Assembly: GCA_964016885.1 (NCBI GenBank)
Contig: OZ024742.1
Coordinates: forward strand, 75,640,001 to 75,704,000
From: Eledone cirrhosa
Taxonomy: Eukaryota
Direction: 5' to 3'
DNA: 64,000 bases
Below, in pieces: positions 12,255 to 25,960 of the stretch (positions are counted from its first letter, which is position 1; the number at the start of each line of letters is the position of its first letter). The notes below the pieces were generated by a model that made no database searches, had not been told where the DNA came from, and was given only the letters and a program-made list of their open reading frames with translations. The translations under genes and the position numbers were made by a program.

Positions 12255-12470
12255 TCTTATATAGGCACAAGGCCAGCAATTTTTGCGGGAGGGGAAAGTC
12301 GATTAAATCGAATCCAGTGCGTGACTGGTACTTTATTTTATCAACCCTGTATGGATGAAAGGCAAAGTTAACCTCGGCGGCATTTGAACTCAGATCATAA
12401 AGGGCTGTAACTCTATGCTGCAAAGCGTGGTGTCCGACACCCTACCGATTCTGCCAATCCACCGCCCTCA
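12255..12470 (-). mobile_element. tRNA-derived SINE (longer variant)
   Basis: Same head, core and tail as 507-691 plus an extra GCGGGAGGGGAAAGTCGATTAAATCG segment. Confidence 0.82.
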
Positions 12471-12586
12471 CCACAGAAACAATAATATCGACGAAATAGT
12501 CGTGCATATGTTTGCATGCGTAAGCACGTACGAAACGAACTTATGTCTACGTACATACAGTATATTCGCGTGCATGGATATATACA

Positions 12587-12660
12587 TGTATGTATGTATG
12601 TATGTATGTATGTATGTATGTATGTATGTATGTATGTATGTATGTATGTATGTATGTATG
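12587..12660. repeat. (TATG)n microsatellite
   Basis: Perfect tetranucleotide run. Confidence 0.95.
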
Positions 12661-13184
12661 CATGCCTTTGTCAGGGCATTCTTCTACGACAAGGCAAACT
12701 CAGGAAACTGGGATAACTGGGAAAAACCTGCGGCTCAGTAGTAAACCGATGATGTTGATCTTTTCTTCTTTTCGGGTTATAGCTACTGTCGCTCAACGTG
12801 TGGGATTGGCTCAGTGCACAGTCTTTCCTCACTTTAAAAAATATCTTCACGCACAGGCATTGCATGCTAGAATAAATTAATAATTATTAATAATGGTATA
12901 TCGTGAAATGGCCATACTCCATAACGAGAGGGCAGCCATCATGTATGTATGTATTTATGTTTGTATGCATGTATGCATGTATGCATGTATGTATGTATGT
13001 ACGTACATATGCATGTATATGTGTGTGTATGTATGTATGTAAGGATGTATGCATGTATATATCTATGCATATATGTATGCATGCATGTATGTATATATGC
13101 GGGTAAGTACGCATGTATGCTCGTCTTGGTTTATTTGTAAAATTTCTTATACATAAAGACAGTCAATTTCTCACACAGTCATTT

Positions 13185-13384
13185 NNNNNNNNNNNNNNNN
13201 NNNNNNNNNNNNNNNNNNNNNNNNNNNNNNNNNNNNNNNNNNNNNNNNNNNNNNNNNNNNNNNNNNNNNNNNNNNNNNNNNNNNNNNNNNNNNNNNNNNN
13301 NNNNNNNNNNNNNNNNNNNNNNNNNNNNNNNNNNNNNNNNNNNNNNNNNNNNNNNNNNNNNNNNNNNNNNNNNNNNNNNNNNNN
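13185..13384. other. Assembly gap (200 N)
   Basis: Run of N. Confidence 1.
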
Positions 13385-13568
13385 AATTGTATCACGTACC
13401 TATTTCGTTATAATTCAGTCTCAGTATTTCTCTTTCTAAACCTTACATGAAAGACAACAGACCTGTACACGCACAAAATCACATACCTACACAAATATCT
13501 AAATACTCACATGCGGACCACATTAATCACATTCGTCAGGTGTGTTACATATTCATTCATAGAAAACG

Positions 13569-14453
13569 TTATTCTACACACACACCTATATTCTGGCAGT
13601 AATTTCGCGCTATGCTGCCTAAATGTTAAAGGAATCTATCAGTAACGTGTACTGTTCTTCGAGAACAGAAAATACTAAGATACTTATCTAATATCTATTA
13701 CTTTATATACCATAGTGGTATATCCAATTAAAAAAAAAGATTCGTCCAAGTACGGCAGTTGAAGAATTGGTAGATATATATAGGATCATACGTTATCAAT
13801 CAATACATACCACCTAGCGATGCATATCTATAGAAGATATCATTCTGGCAAGTCTTCCAATTTGCTGTAGATTGTGTTTAAAAGAGAAAAATAAAATAAA
13901 ATAATCGTTTGATGTAATGAATTGAATTTATTAGAAAGAAGACTTTGTCTGAGAATAAAGATATAACATATATGTGGAACAGGAAACACATCAAAATGGA
14001 TACATCTTCGTGAATAAAGGATTCAAAACGAAATGATGTAGAAAGAGAGGTAAAGGAATGAAATATGATATATTACTTTCTTATTTCTATTCCCTGCTTC
14101 GCATCTCTAAATTATTCTCATATCCATTATATCATTTTCTTCTATCTTTCTTTTTTTTTTTTACATTCGTTATGTCGGCTAATATTTGTTTCACCGTTTC
14201 TTTCACTTGTAACTGAGGGCATTTTCTCTTTACTTTCATTTCGCCTTGCTTTTCTTTTCATATGGTATTTCTTTCTTGCACACTCACTTCCTAACTCCCC
14301 CCCCCCCTTTCAACTTTCTTTCTTCCAGCTCTCTTTCTCCTTGCTCCTCTTTCTTTATTACATTTATTTTCGTTCTCATTTTGCTGAATATTATATACAT
14401 GTACGTATTGATATCATTATACACACACACACACACACACAACACACACACCC

Positions 14454-14509
<56 letters not shown>

Positions 14510-14726
14510 TATATGCATACCCATGAATATAATGCATTGTAGTCGTGTAAAAACAAAGATTTCAATGAATTCATATGATATACGTTTCCTATAAGAAATA
14601 TGCAAGACACCTAAGGAAATAACTTTCAGGTCCGTACATAGAACAACCAGGCTCTTTTATTTATTATTCTTTTCTTTATATATATACTATATATATATAT
14701 ATATGTATACATATGTATACATATAT

Positions 14727-14794
<68 letters not shown>

Positions 14795-14833
14795 ATACAT
14801 ATATATCTATACGCACACACATAACACACATAT

Positions 14834-14864
<31 letters not shown>

Positions 14865-15705
14865 ACACACAAAGAGTGAGAGAGATGAAAAGATAGAGAG
14901 ATAGATAGATGGATAGATAAATGGATAGATAATGTGTGGGACTATATGGTTGTGTAGACACTTTCTTTGAAATAAAGAAAGAAACGAAATAAATAGACAT
15001 ATCCAAAGAAAATACATCTTTATAAACATATAAGAATAATATTGAATAATAATTCGAATTGAAATGGTTTCTGTTTCGTTTAATATCTTTCTAGTTATAC
15101 GCTTCACGTAAGTCATGTATTCATTGCTCGTTTATATATCAGAGTATCGCAATGTTTGACAAGTTGAATTATATATACCGAATCCTTGATGAGGATAATA
15201 CAAATGAATCGATTAAAATCAATTGAATACATGCGCCTATTCATTCGGGATTTCTTCTACTTATACTGTTACCGATTTAATATCAGATTCTTTAGAAAAA
15301 GATTTGTATTGATCACAAGCGTGCATATTAGAAAGAGAATAGAGATAAGCATACAAAGAGACATGCATATTTTTAAAATAATGCATTTTTACACATGTAT
15401 CTCTGTATTCAAATTGACGTTGTAAATTATTTTTCGTAAAAATATATCTCAAGATACATTCTTCTATATATATTGATAGAGGACATTGATATATTTCCAA
15501 TATAATACAATCTGGCACATAACATGTAGGGCGATTATTTATATATATTAGTGATAACTGATGATATCTGAATCAATATATCTGAATCACCTGAACAGGA
15601 CATTGTGAAGCAATACAAAGGATATTCACGATTAATATATACACTTTCCATCAAACCAAGACAAGTTAATAGGATAGTGACGAAGATCTCATGTGTTATT
15701 GTCAT
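13569..15705 (-). CDS. Candidate spliced host gene for a small secreted Cys-containing peptide (exons 15705-15591, 13864-13811, 13618-13569)
   Basis: GT-AG sites with phase-1 compatibility give MTITHEIFVTILLTCLGLMES-VYINREYPLYCFTMSCSANWKTCQNDIFYRYASLGGSIARNYCQNIGVCVE*; no homologue recognised. Confidence 0.25.
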
Positions 15706-16839
15706 TGAGTTTAACCTCCTCTTCCTAGAGTGTAGCAGTACATTCCACGCTCGGCTAATTCCCGGTTGGTGAGGCAATTTAACCCTTAGTTGGGATAGAT
15801 GACAGTTGACTGTGTAGTTCTTCCGCTCTTTGACAGCTCTTGTGTTTGTGCTGCTTGGATTCCACCTACCCTCTTTGCCAGATCAGTGCCTGGTACGGGA
15901 GTCAGCCACCATACCAGGAAACGGGTTGTACTAGGTTACATATGTCTACGAAACGTAAGCAGATAAACAATTCCATAAACAAGTCAGGAAATAGAATGAA
16001 TATATATATTAGTTTAACGCTTGCTATAATAAGAAAAGAGCATTAGCGTTTCGGTCATTTGTCTTTCATCGTACGATAAATGAAAAATACAAGAGGACAT
16101 AGAAATATTGAAGAGATTGAGAAGAACAAAAAAACACTAAATATGTAACTATATGTATATGCCTTTCTAAATACATGTAAATTGTCCAGGGACAATAATA
16201 GAAATTGGCAACGCCGTATCTTTATGAAATTAGAAGCAATAACCTGTGTTATTACAATATAAACTAACCAAAACACAAAGAAATGACAAATTCTTGAACT
16301 ACGGCAAAGTAGAAAAGCAAATTTAAAGATAGGAAGAATTACAGGATATGAATATGTTAAATCTATATATTATAGTTATACTGATGTACAGAAACAGATG
16401 GAAAGAAAAAAAAAGTAGTACTTGTAAACTTACAAAAAGAGAATTTCGAAGATGCAATATTCAAAATATGGTGTTCGAAATCTAAGGCACATTATACAAA
16501 ATGGAAAACGAAAAGCAATTCGCAAATTTACCAATAAGCAGGAAATTACAACATCTTAGAATAAAAATACAAAAGACGAAATGCAAACTTTAAAAAGCAA
16601 GATATTGCCATTACATAAGACAAATTACAAACATATATGATAATCAAATTATGTAATTGTCAGTTGTTTGGATCTACCAAATTTGCATCATTGTAAATTC
16701 CAAAAATTATAAAGTTATAAATGCATAGCTAACTATCTCGAGATAACGCGAGAATGCCAATTGCTGCAGAATGTTGATGGTACAGAAATATAAAATATAT
16801 TCTTCGAAATACAATTGACAATCGGTAGTGTCAATTAAA

Positions 16840-17113
16840 ACTCATTCGTTGTGATTGCACTAGATCCATCTAGGAGAAAACGGCTCGCACTATAGGAGAA
16901 AGAATGAAGGAGCGCTGGCGAGAACTCAAAGACAAGAAAAAAAAAAGCTCGTCTGTGCTCTACCAACATGCCGACCTAAATTATGGCGGCGCTCCAGAAA
17001 CAATTGAAATAAAAATTATATCTACACACCAAATAGACCCGGTGCTTAGATAGATTAAGGAAGCCATGCTTATAACAAAAAGTAAACCTACCATCTATAG
17101 AAAGCACGAATAG
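16840..17113 (+). pseudogene. Decayed GIY-YIG endonuclease C-terminus of a Penelope-like element
   Basis: With frameshifts reads LGE(T)ARTIGERMKE..SSVLYQH..IKIIS..R*IKEAMLI..KPTI.RKHE*. Confidence 0.6.
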
Positions 17114-17249
17114 AATATCAAGAACATCACATATAGCTACTGATGAAAATATAAGGACACATTAGAATAAATCAAAGGTGTACATAAACAGACGTAAACC
17201 AACTCACAACAGAATAAAGGTATAGAAGAATACTCTACATATTAACGAT

Positions 17250-17337
<88 letters not shown>

Positions 17338-17840
17338 AGAAATCCCATACGCTCATGTACACAAAAAGGTGTCAAGACATAGATGAACACACATTTGCAC
17401 AGCACACTTATAGTCATGCATACACATGCACAGACACACATACACACGAACGCATACACAGACTACATACCCCACGACAGGAAAATAAGTTAGTTTAGCG
17501 TGAACCAGATGAGAACAAAGAGGATACATAGTGGAGCAAGAACTGTCGAAGAAAAGAGCTTTTGCAATTAAATATGAACCATCAAGTTACTAAACTATCC
17601 AAAGAGTTTCTTGGTTACCTAAGTAATAGTATACCTGAAGTAAAAACCAAAATAGTGCATGTGATGTTATTGGCCCATTATTTGTTTAAGCACATAATTT
17701 CTTTCAAAACAAATATAATAACAAAGAACATATACACACACACACACGCACATATATATATATATAATATAATACATACATATATATATACATATATATA
17801 TGTTTCTATGTAACATATGAATTTATGGTATGTATATATG

Positions 17841-17884
<44 letters not shown>

Positions 17885-17903
17885 TATATACACACATATA
17901 TAC

Positions 17904-17934
<31 letters not shown>

Positions 17935-17935
17935 G

Positions 17936-17970
<35 letters not shown>

Positions 17971-17995
17971 TATATATTTATATATATATATATAT

Positions 17996-18520
17996 AAATT
18001 TCGTATTTCTAAAGAAATACGGTCTTAGGAAGCCGTAGCTATGCAAACACCGGGGGGCTGACGCCTCTGGTGGTGTCCAGCAGAAGCAAGGGGTGCAGCC
18101 GTCTATGCATTTCAGGCTTGACTGGCCTTCTTCAGGACGGTCCCCCCTCCGCTTGCGACAGCTGGACTTGAAAACAGCCGACAATATATAGTTTTCTCGT
18201 CTGTGTAAATGAGGTGATTAATTTAATCTTATTTGCATTTGAAGATCAACTTATAATAGAAACGAAATATGATTTCACTTCAAATATAACTTTACACAAT
18301 ATGTATAGAAATTTCGTATTTCTAAAGAAATACGGGACGATGGCTAGTCAAGCCTGAAATGCATAGACGGTTGTCCCGCTTGCTTCTGCTGGACTCCACG
18401 AGAGGGTGTTAGTCTCCCGGTGTTTTCATAGCTACGACTTCCTAAGACCGTATTTCTTTAGAAATACGAAATTTCTATACATATTTGTATAAAGCTAAGC
18501 TTGAAGCGAAATCTTATTTC
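17996..18520. mobile_element. Two opposed non-coding PLE pseudo-LTR copies in (TA)n/(TC)n; the second (18265-18520) is a fold-back
   Basis: 17996-18127 is the reverse complement of ~18345-18474; arms 18265-18335 and 18448-18520 are inverted; carries a hammerhead. Confidence 0.75.
18099..18140 (-). ncRNA. Type I minimal hammerhead ribozyme
   Basis: CCGUC CUGAAGA AGGC-CAGUCAA-GCCU GAAA UGCA UA/GACGG; palindromic helix III (AUGCAU). Confidence 0.85.
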
Positions 18521-18525
18521 TATTC

Positions 18526-18650
<125 letters not shown>

Positions 18651-18669
18651 GTGTGTGTGTATATATATG

Positions 18670-18763
<94 letters not shown>

Positions 18764-19069
18764 CCGCATTTAGATATATATGTAATTAAGTACACCTATA
18801 TGTGTGTATGTATATATGCATGCATCTATGCCTGTGTTGGTGGTCAAATGGGAGTTTGTGTGCATGCATGCGAATGAGTGTGTCTGAAACGTTACTATAA
18901 ATATTTCAGGTTGTACATTGTATGACTAGTGTTAAATTAGGTAAAAAATTGTTTTCATACGATTTACACGTGGTTATATGTGACGTCATATTTAGTAATG
19001 CTGATGTACAAGGGCTTTGTGAAATTTATGATCCTTCATAAATTCTGACAATGTAGATAAATAAAATAT

Positions 19070-19800
19070 TGCATGACGTTCAGCGAATCTGCTAACAACG
19101 TTCAGGTTTTGGCGGATTTTCGGATATATTTCTCTCTAGCAAAATGCCAAATACAGGGAAATAATTCGTGACCTCATGCATGAGGAACGTCGCGAAACAA
19201 GTTAACTGCCCTTTCACATAATAAGATATATTGATGGAGGAGTATGCAGGAAGATTCGCATAGAAAATCTAAACACGTTGTTACGGAGATTGACGCCAGG
19301 CTTTTGATACACGATGAAAAGTGGCAGCACTAGGTAAGTCCGTTGAGAATCATGAGACGCGTAACGTCGGCCTGACAATTACATATAAAAACAATTCTCC
19401 GCATCAAGGACTTATTCTTCCTCGCCCATATGTAAGATACAGTCATGTCCGACGAAACCACTATAGGTTCTTTTGAAATTATCCGTAGCATCAGGTTGTC
19501 TTGTGTAATTCCTAATGCTCTTTTTTTGGACCTTCTTCTCCATGCTTTTATCCTATGCCGTTTATATGTCTACAGACGGATTCTACCCGCATAAAAGTTC
19601 CCATAGAGAAAGGTTTTAACCTAGACTGCTTACATTCAAAGACAAAAATAATAGCGGCACCCATCAAAGAGAGGCTTTTTGTTGAGGTCACGTTTCGGGT
19701 TATATTGAACCATCTTTAGGATGAATCATCCATGGTGATCGTTGACACTGGTTGAGGCGCTAACGAAGGTGAAGCTGTCCAATTTATCAATGTCATGTGA
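19070..19800 (-). mobile_element. Possible highly decayed LINE (RTE-like) endonuclease region
   Basis: Higher GC than flanks with faint remnants resembling NVxSL, LGIT, AYxP and ERLL.FAE.H in mixed frames. Confidence 0.2.
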
Positions 19801-20768
19801 AATACATCATTTATTGGAGTATTATTGCACATTTATTTTAGCTTCACTCGACAATCTTCTAATAAAATATCACGAGAAATTTATTTAAGATACATTCGTT
19901 ATATGAGAAAATGACACCAACACTAAGAAAATTGCAAAAAGTACAACCTTTGCCTGAAGAAAACACAAACACAAGCTAATCCTGAAATGAAATCGCATGC
20001 AACATTTAAACGACAATACATGATATTTCTCTGTTTGAATCATACATTGATACTGATTTATGTATATCACTGTTTGAACGGTTTAAATCAACGTCTCAGA
20101 CTATTTGAAATTCGACGAGAGAAAATGAACACACACTGCACATTATACTAATGTAATATTTGAATATGTTAGCAGTAGAATAACTATGAATAGTCTGATG
20201 AATTGTCAGAAGCAAAAATAACAAAGGAAACACAGACCAACGATACCAACGATTAATTAAGAAAACGTAATATGAATACAGTTACATGTGTGAAATTATT
20301 TCATACTTCGCAGCTGTACATTGTTAAACACTGTCATATCAAATAAATATACTCACTAACACCCGGACTAAATCTATTTGAGAAAGCATCTATGTTCGAT
20401 TTATATGTGGGTGTGTTTCTAAGCTTACATCGTTGTTCTTATGAATATGTCTATGTACATAATTATACTTCTAGAAAGAAAGATCTTCGTCTGCTCCAAA
20501 GTGGACATAACACACTCTGTTAATGAATACATGTGTATTTGTGCGCTCGCGCACATACAGAAAGACACGGACACACACAAATATGTCATGGGTTAAAGAT
20601 ACAGTATGTAAGATACTCAATACATTAATAGGGTGTAAATATGATGTTTAATATAGAAATGTCTCCTCCAGAACTAGAAGTTTCATAAAAAACATCATCA
20701 GGAAAGCCATTCCTCTCTCGCTCTCTCATTCCCTGACTCCCCCTCTCTCTCCCGCTACCCCCTCTCTC

Positions 20769-20868
<100 letters not shown>

Positions 20869-20984
20869 GTACATATATCTATATCTAATTATATATATAT
20901 ATATATGGTAATAAGGTAATTAATAAATTACTGACCTTTCTGTTTATGGTTGTTTATACTATATACAAAACTATATATATATAT

Positions 20985-21399
20985 AATTAAGTTAAAAATG
21001 TACATCCACATATGTATACTGAAATACTAGTATGCATATGAATACACACACGTGTACATATGTAGATGTACCGAGTTTTCACTGGTCACTTTACTGTGAG
21101 TGTCCAGCTATATAGAGAGGCCGGAAGATAGGTAAATATTGCTGATGAGATGTAACAACATCGAAACTAGTCCAATATTCCTTGTCTGGCTTTCTGGGGA
21201 ATAGAGGAAAGGTGTTTCCTCAAAAACCAGTATGACTCTAAAAACCGGTTTCTATGTGTGTTTACATACAGAATAGCTGGACACTCACAGTAAAGTGACC
21301 AGTGAAAACTCGGTACATCTACATATGCACACGTGTGTGTATTCATATGCATACTAGTATTTCAGTATACATATGTGGATGTACATTTTTAACTTAATT
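20985..21399. mobile_element. Fold-back non-autonomous PLE derivative: 127-bp inverted arms around a hammerhead
   Basis: 20985-21111 is the near-perfect reverse complement of 21273-21399. Confidence 0.8.
21135..21179 (+). ncRNA. Type I hammerhead ribozyme with canonical core
   Basis: AAUAUUG CUGAUGA GAUGU-AACA-ACAUC GAAA CUAG UC/CAAUAUU; GUC cleavage triplet, 7-bp helix I. Confidence 0.9.
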
Positions 21400-21536
21400 G
21401 TTTAAGCGTCAGTCATACAAAAGTGAGTTACAAACGAAACGAAATTTAATTTCGTTTCGTTATTTGTTTTTATATATATATATATATATATATATAAATG
21501 GATTAATCTGTATATATATATATGAATATATATATG

Positions 21537-21608
<72 letters not shown>

Positions 21609-21619
21609 TATAAATATAT

Positions 21620-21824
21620 ATATATATATAATAATATTTATAGTCATATATATATATATATATAATAATATTTATAGTCATATATATATATATATAATAA
21701 TATTTATAGTTATGTATATATATATATATATAATAATATTTATAGTTATGTATAAATATATATATAATAATATTTATAGTTATGTATATATATACATATA
21801 TATATATATAATAATATTTATAGT

Positions 21825-21835
<11 letters not shown>
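21620..21835. repeat. ~36-bp minisatellite (ATAATAATATTTATAGTYATRTATATA..) of about 6 units
   Basis: Unit visibly repeated within a (TA)n tract. Confidence 0.8.
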
Positions 21836-21892
<57 letters not shown>

Positions 21893-21894
<2 letters not shown>

Positions 21895-22152
21895 TAAATC
21901 TACCAAAAGTTTACGTATGAAGAACTCAATGTAATCCGGATATCATGAAAAGAAGAGATGCATTCAAAAATCACTTTCGGTGAAAGATAAACGGAAAACA
22001 GAGTCAAGATAAATTATTAAAAAAATAATGAATAAACAAAGAAACAGTTCCTTATATTAAACAAAAAATGTTCATTATTTAAAATAATGAACTTTTTTTG
22101 TTTAATATAAGGAACTGTTTCTTTGTTTATTCATTATTTTTTTAATAATTTA
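21893..22152 (-). mobile_element. Terminal fragment of the 34-54 kb PLE family with a fold-back centred at 22081
   Basis: Matches 48401-48603; hairpin TCATTATTT-A-AAATAATGA. Confidence 0.85.
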
Positions 22153-22167
22153 TATATATATGTATAT

Positions 22168-22201
<34 letters not shown>

Positions 22202-22384
22202 ATACATATATATATACAGATTAATCTATTTATAAGGTATCTGTTTTTAAAGTTATAGTTAAGCTTTAATTAGTTACCAACATAGCTATGCGTGCTTACA
22301 CGATTTTACAAATTATTCCCTGTGATTGTTTCATATGTTTATTTTAGATATATATATATATATCAATCAATTTCTAGTTGATAA

Positions 22385-22470
<86 letters not shown>

Positions 22471-22475
<5 letters not shown>

Positions 22476-23017
22476 TTAGTTAAGCAAAACAAGACCACAG
22501 ACTTCACAAGGAAGACATTATTAAATGATTGTCAACATATTTTAGTTTGATGTAAGGAATGTAGAGAATAATAATAATAATATTAATAATAATTGTTTAG
22601 GCCAGCAATTACCCATAGGCAAATTTCACACAATGCAGCCTCAACAGATGAATACTGCTTGATTATGGCTGACAACTGATGCCAGCAAGACACCATAGTA
22701 AAAACCAATATATGGAACATTATATTAAGTAACATTATCCCATTATTTTAATTTATATTCTTTTGAAGTTCCGATGAGCCACTCTGTTTTTTAAATATGT
22801 TAATTAGTTTCAACTGAACCATATCAATTATGATATATAGTCATCTGATCCAGAAATATTATATGGAGTAGCGAAACAACTGTAAACGGACATTATTATT
22901 ATTAATATTATTATTATTATTCTCTACATTCCTTACATCAAACTAAAATATGTTGACAACCTTTTAATAATATCTTCCTTGTGAAGTTTGTGGTCTTGTT
23001 TTTCTTAACTAATGAAT
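22471..23017. mobile_element. Fold-back PLE derivative with ~120-bp arms and a degenerate extended hammerhead (22768-22887, +)
   Basis: Arms 22471-22592 and 22892-23017 inverted; GUU CCGAUGA GCCACUC..~85 nt..GAGUAGC GAAA CAACUG UA/AAC. Confidence 0.7.
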
Positions 23018-23835
23018 ATTTCCAGCTCTGCCCACCTAACCTCTGCATGAACCCAGTCACCCTGCTGCTTTGCACATTGAGCACATGCCTTTACGCTTTG
23101 GCTTCTAACTAACTCACCAATCTCTCCTCTCATATCTCCTCTACTATCTCCATCTCTCTCTTTAAGATTGGTTACTCTTGAACTGTATATATATATATAT
23201 ATATATATTAGAAAGTGAGGTTCTTTTACAAAATGAAAAAAAAAACGAGGTATCCTACACGAATGAAGGTATACGGAAAAAAGGTGCAATTGAAAATGCA
23301 ACTGGAGTCTTTTTTTTTAAAATATATATTTATTTGGTTCCTTTACCGGTTTCGCAGTTGTTCTGCTTTTTAAATGTAGAATTGAAATGGACGGTTTGTG
23401 GTGTTTCTCACATCTGGTTGGTGTTTGAATGTTATTTCTATTTTATATGGAAAAATGTGGCTCGAAATGCTAGGTTTTTAGAGAAGTAATTTGGTTGGTT
23501 GGTGAATAAGTATAATAAATTTAGCGCCAGTTCGCTTTACAAAGTTCTTATTATATTTGCCTTAAACAAAGGGGGGGGGGCTCAGATTTTTATCCATATA
23601 TGAGTGAAGTTTGGTTGGTCGAGCCAGTCACGTGAATAAGCACATCAGCTTTCGCGCAAGTTTGAATTTCTTTTTACTTAATGTGGCTCACGAAGGCTTT
23701 TTTTTTATAAATGTAATTTTATTGGTTATAAATGAAATTATGACTGTCGCGTGAACTAGTACATTAAATTTCGCGCCCGTATTTTGGAATTTTTTTGTAG
23801 CCATTTAGAGAATTGTGTGCCTAACAAAAGATAAT

Positions 23836-23958
23836 TGTTTCTAATTTTGGTACAAGGCCAGCAATTATCCAGTGCATTACTGGTACTTTATTTTATCGAC
23901 CCAGTAAGGATAAAAGGCAAAGTTAACCTCGGCGGGATTTGAACTCAGAATGGCAAGG
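23836..23958 (-). mobile_element. 5'-truncated SINE inserted in the PLE 3' region
   Basis: Homologous to 507-630. Confidence 0.82.
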
Positions 23959-24667
23959 GTGTCAAAGCATGTGTCAAAACATGAACAAAAGATGATGGTC
24001 AAGAAAAAGGGATGGAGAGAGTTGTTCTGAGTATGACTGACGTGCTCAAATGTTGATAGTTATAAATGAAATTATGACTCTCACGTGAACAAGTACATTA
24101 AATATCGCGCCCTTATTTGGGAATTTATTTTGTAGCCTTTTAGAGAATTTTGTGCCAAACAAAAGATAATGGTCATGACAAACGGGACGGGGAGAATTGT
24201 TCTGGTTCAGTGAAGATGTCAGGTGCGCTGGGGTGTCAGAAATCAGACTTTCTATTGAAATTAAGAAAGTAGAGATATGTATGTTTAGTTGTGTGCTGGT
24301 GTGTGTGTGTATGTGTAGGAAGATGATTCTATTAGTAGACATTGGGGAGGGAGGTGTGTGTGTGGGGGGGGGGGGGTGTTATGTGTGTGTGTGTATGTGT
24401 GTGTGGGATTATGATTAGCATGTTAAGATGGAGAGAATATTTTTTTTCTGTGTGTGTGTGTGTAGGAAAATGATTCCATTAGTAGAAATGGGGGAGGGAG
24501 TTATGTGTATGTGGGGTGTGTGGTTAGCATGTTAAGGTGTTAGAGTATTAACGTATGTTAAGGTTTATTTAGTTCTGGTTTTTATTTTCTAAAACAGGTG
24601 TTATGTGTGTGTATATGTATGTATCTGTTTGGTTGGTTAGCATGTTATGGTGCTGACATAATGTATA

Positions 24668-25960
24668 TTAAACTATATTTAATGCTGGTCTATATTTTTG
24701 AATAAACATATTTTCCTTATTTATTCGTATGTATTCTGTTGTATTGTCAGCGTAAAGATAAAATGGGAAGACTTGGAATTTGGGTGTCTTATTACTTGCG
24801 CATATGTCTAGATGTGCACTGAGTGGTATATGTCTTATGGTAGGATCTCGTAATTGTTGGCGATGAACTGTCATTCTGTTTGATTGTGAGTTTAGTTTGT
24901 CCTATATAATCTTCCTTGCATCCTTTACATTTAATGACATAAAGTAGATTTTTTGATGAGCAAGTGAAGTGATGATTTTTTACAGTAAAATTTTGTCCCG
25001 ATTGAAATGTATACGTGTCGCCTTCAACGAGGTGAGCGCAGATTCCAGAATTAGAGTGACCACATTTTTTGAAAGTTGGTTGTGGGTTTGTGGTAGGTAA
25101 TTTGGCATTGGTGAGTAATGTTTTTTAGAGATTTCGATTGTCTTTTGCTTTTGATTATTTTGTGTGTTTCAAAGGCTTTTTTCATTATTGGGTCTTGTTT
25201 CAATAGTGGGATGTTCTTGTGAATAGTGTCGTAAGCTTCTGCATTTCTTGGGTTGTGTGTTGAGATATATGATAGAATATTGGATGTACGTTTAATTTGT
25301 TTCTGTTTTCCTATTGCTTTAGCCCTTTCTATTCCATTATTTATTAGTAATGTGGGGACTGTCTTTCGAGTAGAATTTCCTTTAATTCTTGAAGTCTTTT
25401 ATTTCGCGTTTCATAATTGTAGACAATTGTGCAAATTCTTCTTGCTAGGTTAAAATGGATGTTCGTCTTCGTGTGCTTTGGATGGTTGGAGGTGAATAGC
25501 AGGTATTGTTTGGAATCTGTTGGTTTGTAGTGTATGTCAGTTTCAATATTTGTGTCTTTTTTTTATGATTAAGATATCCAGAAATGGGAGTTGATCTTGG
25601 CCATTGTGAATTGGATGAGGTTATTGATGCCGTTAATTACATTTTTGAAATCATTTAGTTGGTCGAGTGTGTGAGACCAAACAATGAGACAATCATCCAA
25701 GTAGTGTTTCCGATTCGCTGATAAAAATTTGTGGAAGTTCAATCCTTATTTTGATTTGGAATGTTCATATATCTGGACTTCGAAGTATGCGATGACTAAG
25801 TTGGCATAAGTTGGAGCGACCTTTGTACCCATCACAGTCCCCGATATTTGCTTGTAAGTACTGCCATCGAAATAAAAAAAAGCTGTTCTGTAAAATTAAT
25901 TCTAATCCCTCGGTGATGAAGCTTTTTTCTATTCTGTCAGGTATCTCATTGGGATATTTC
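24668..25960 (-). pseudogene. PLE reverse transcriptase + GIY-YIG endonuclease, disrupted
   Basis: YKQISGTVMGTKVAPTYANL, HYLDDCLIVW, PFLDILI, YKPTDSKQYL, NLLYVIKCKGCKEDYIGQT, ENMFIQKYRPALN. Confidence 0.88.

Noticed and set aside
13113-13439. ORFs spanning X residues
   Set aside because: Artefact of the 200-N gap
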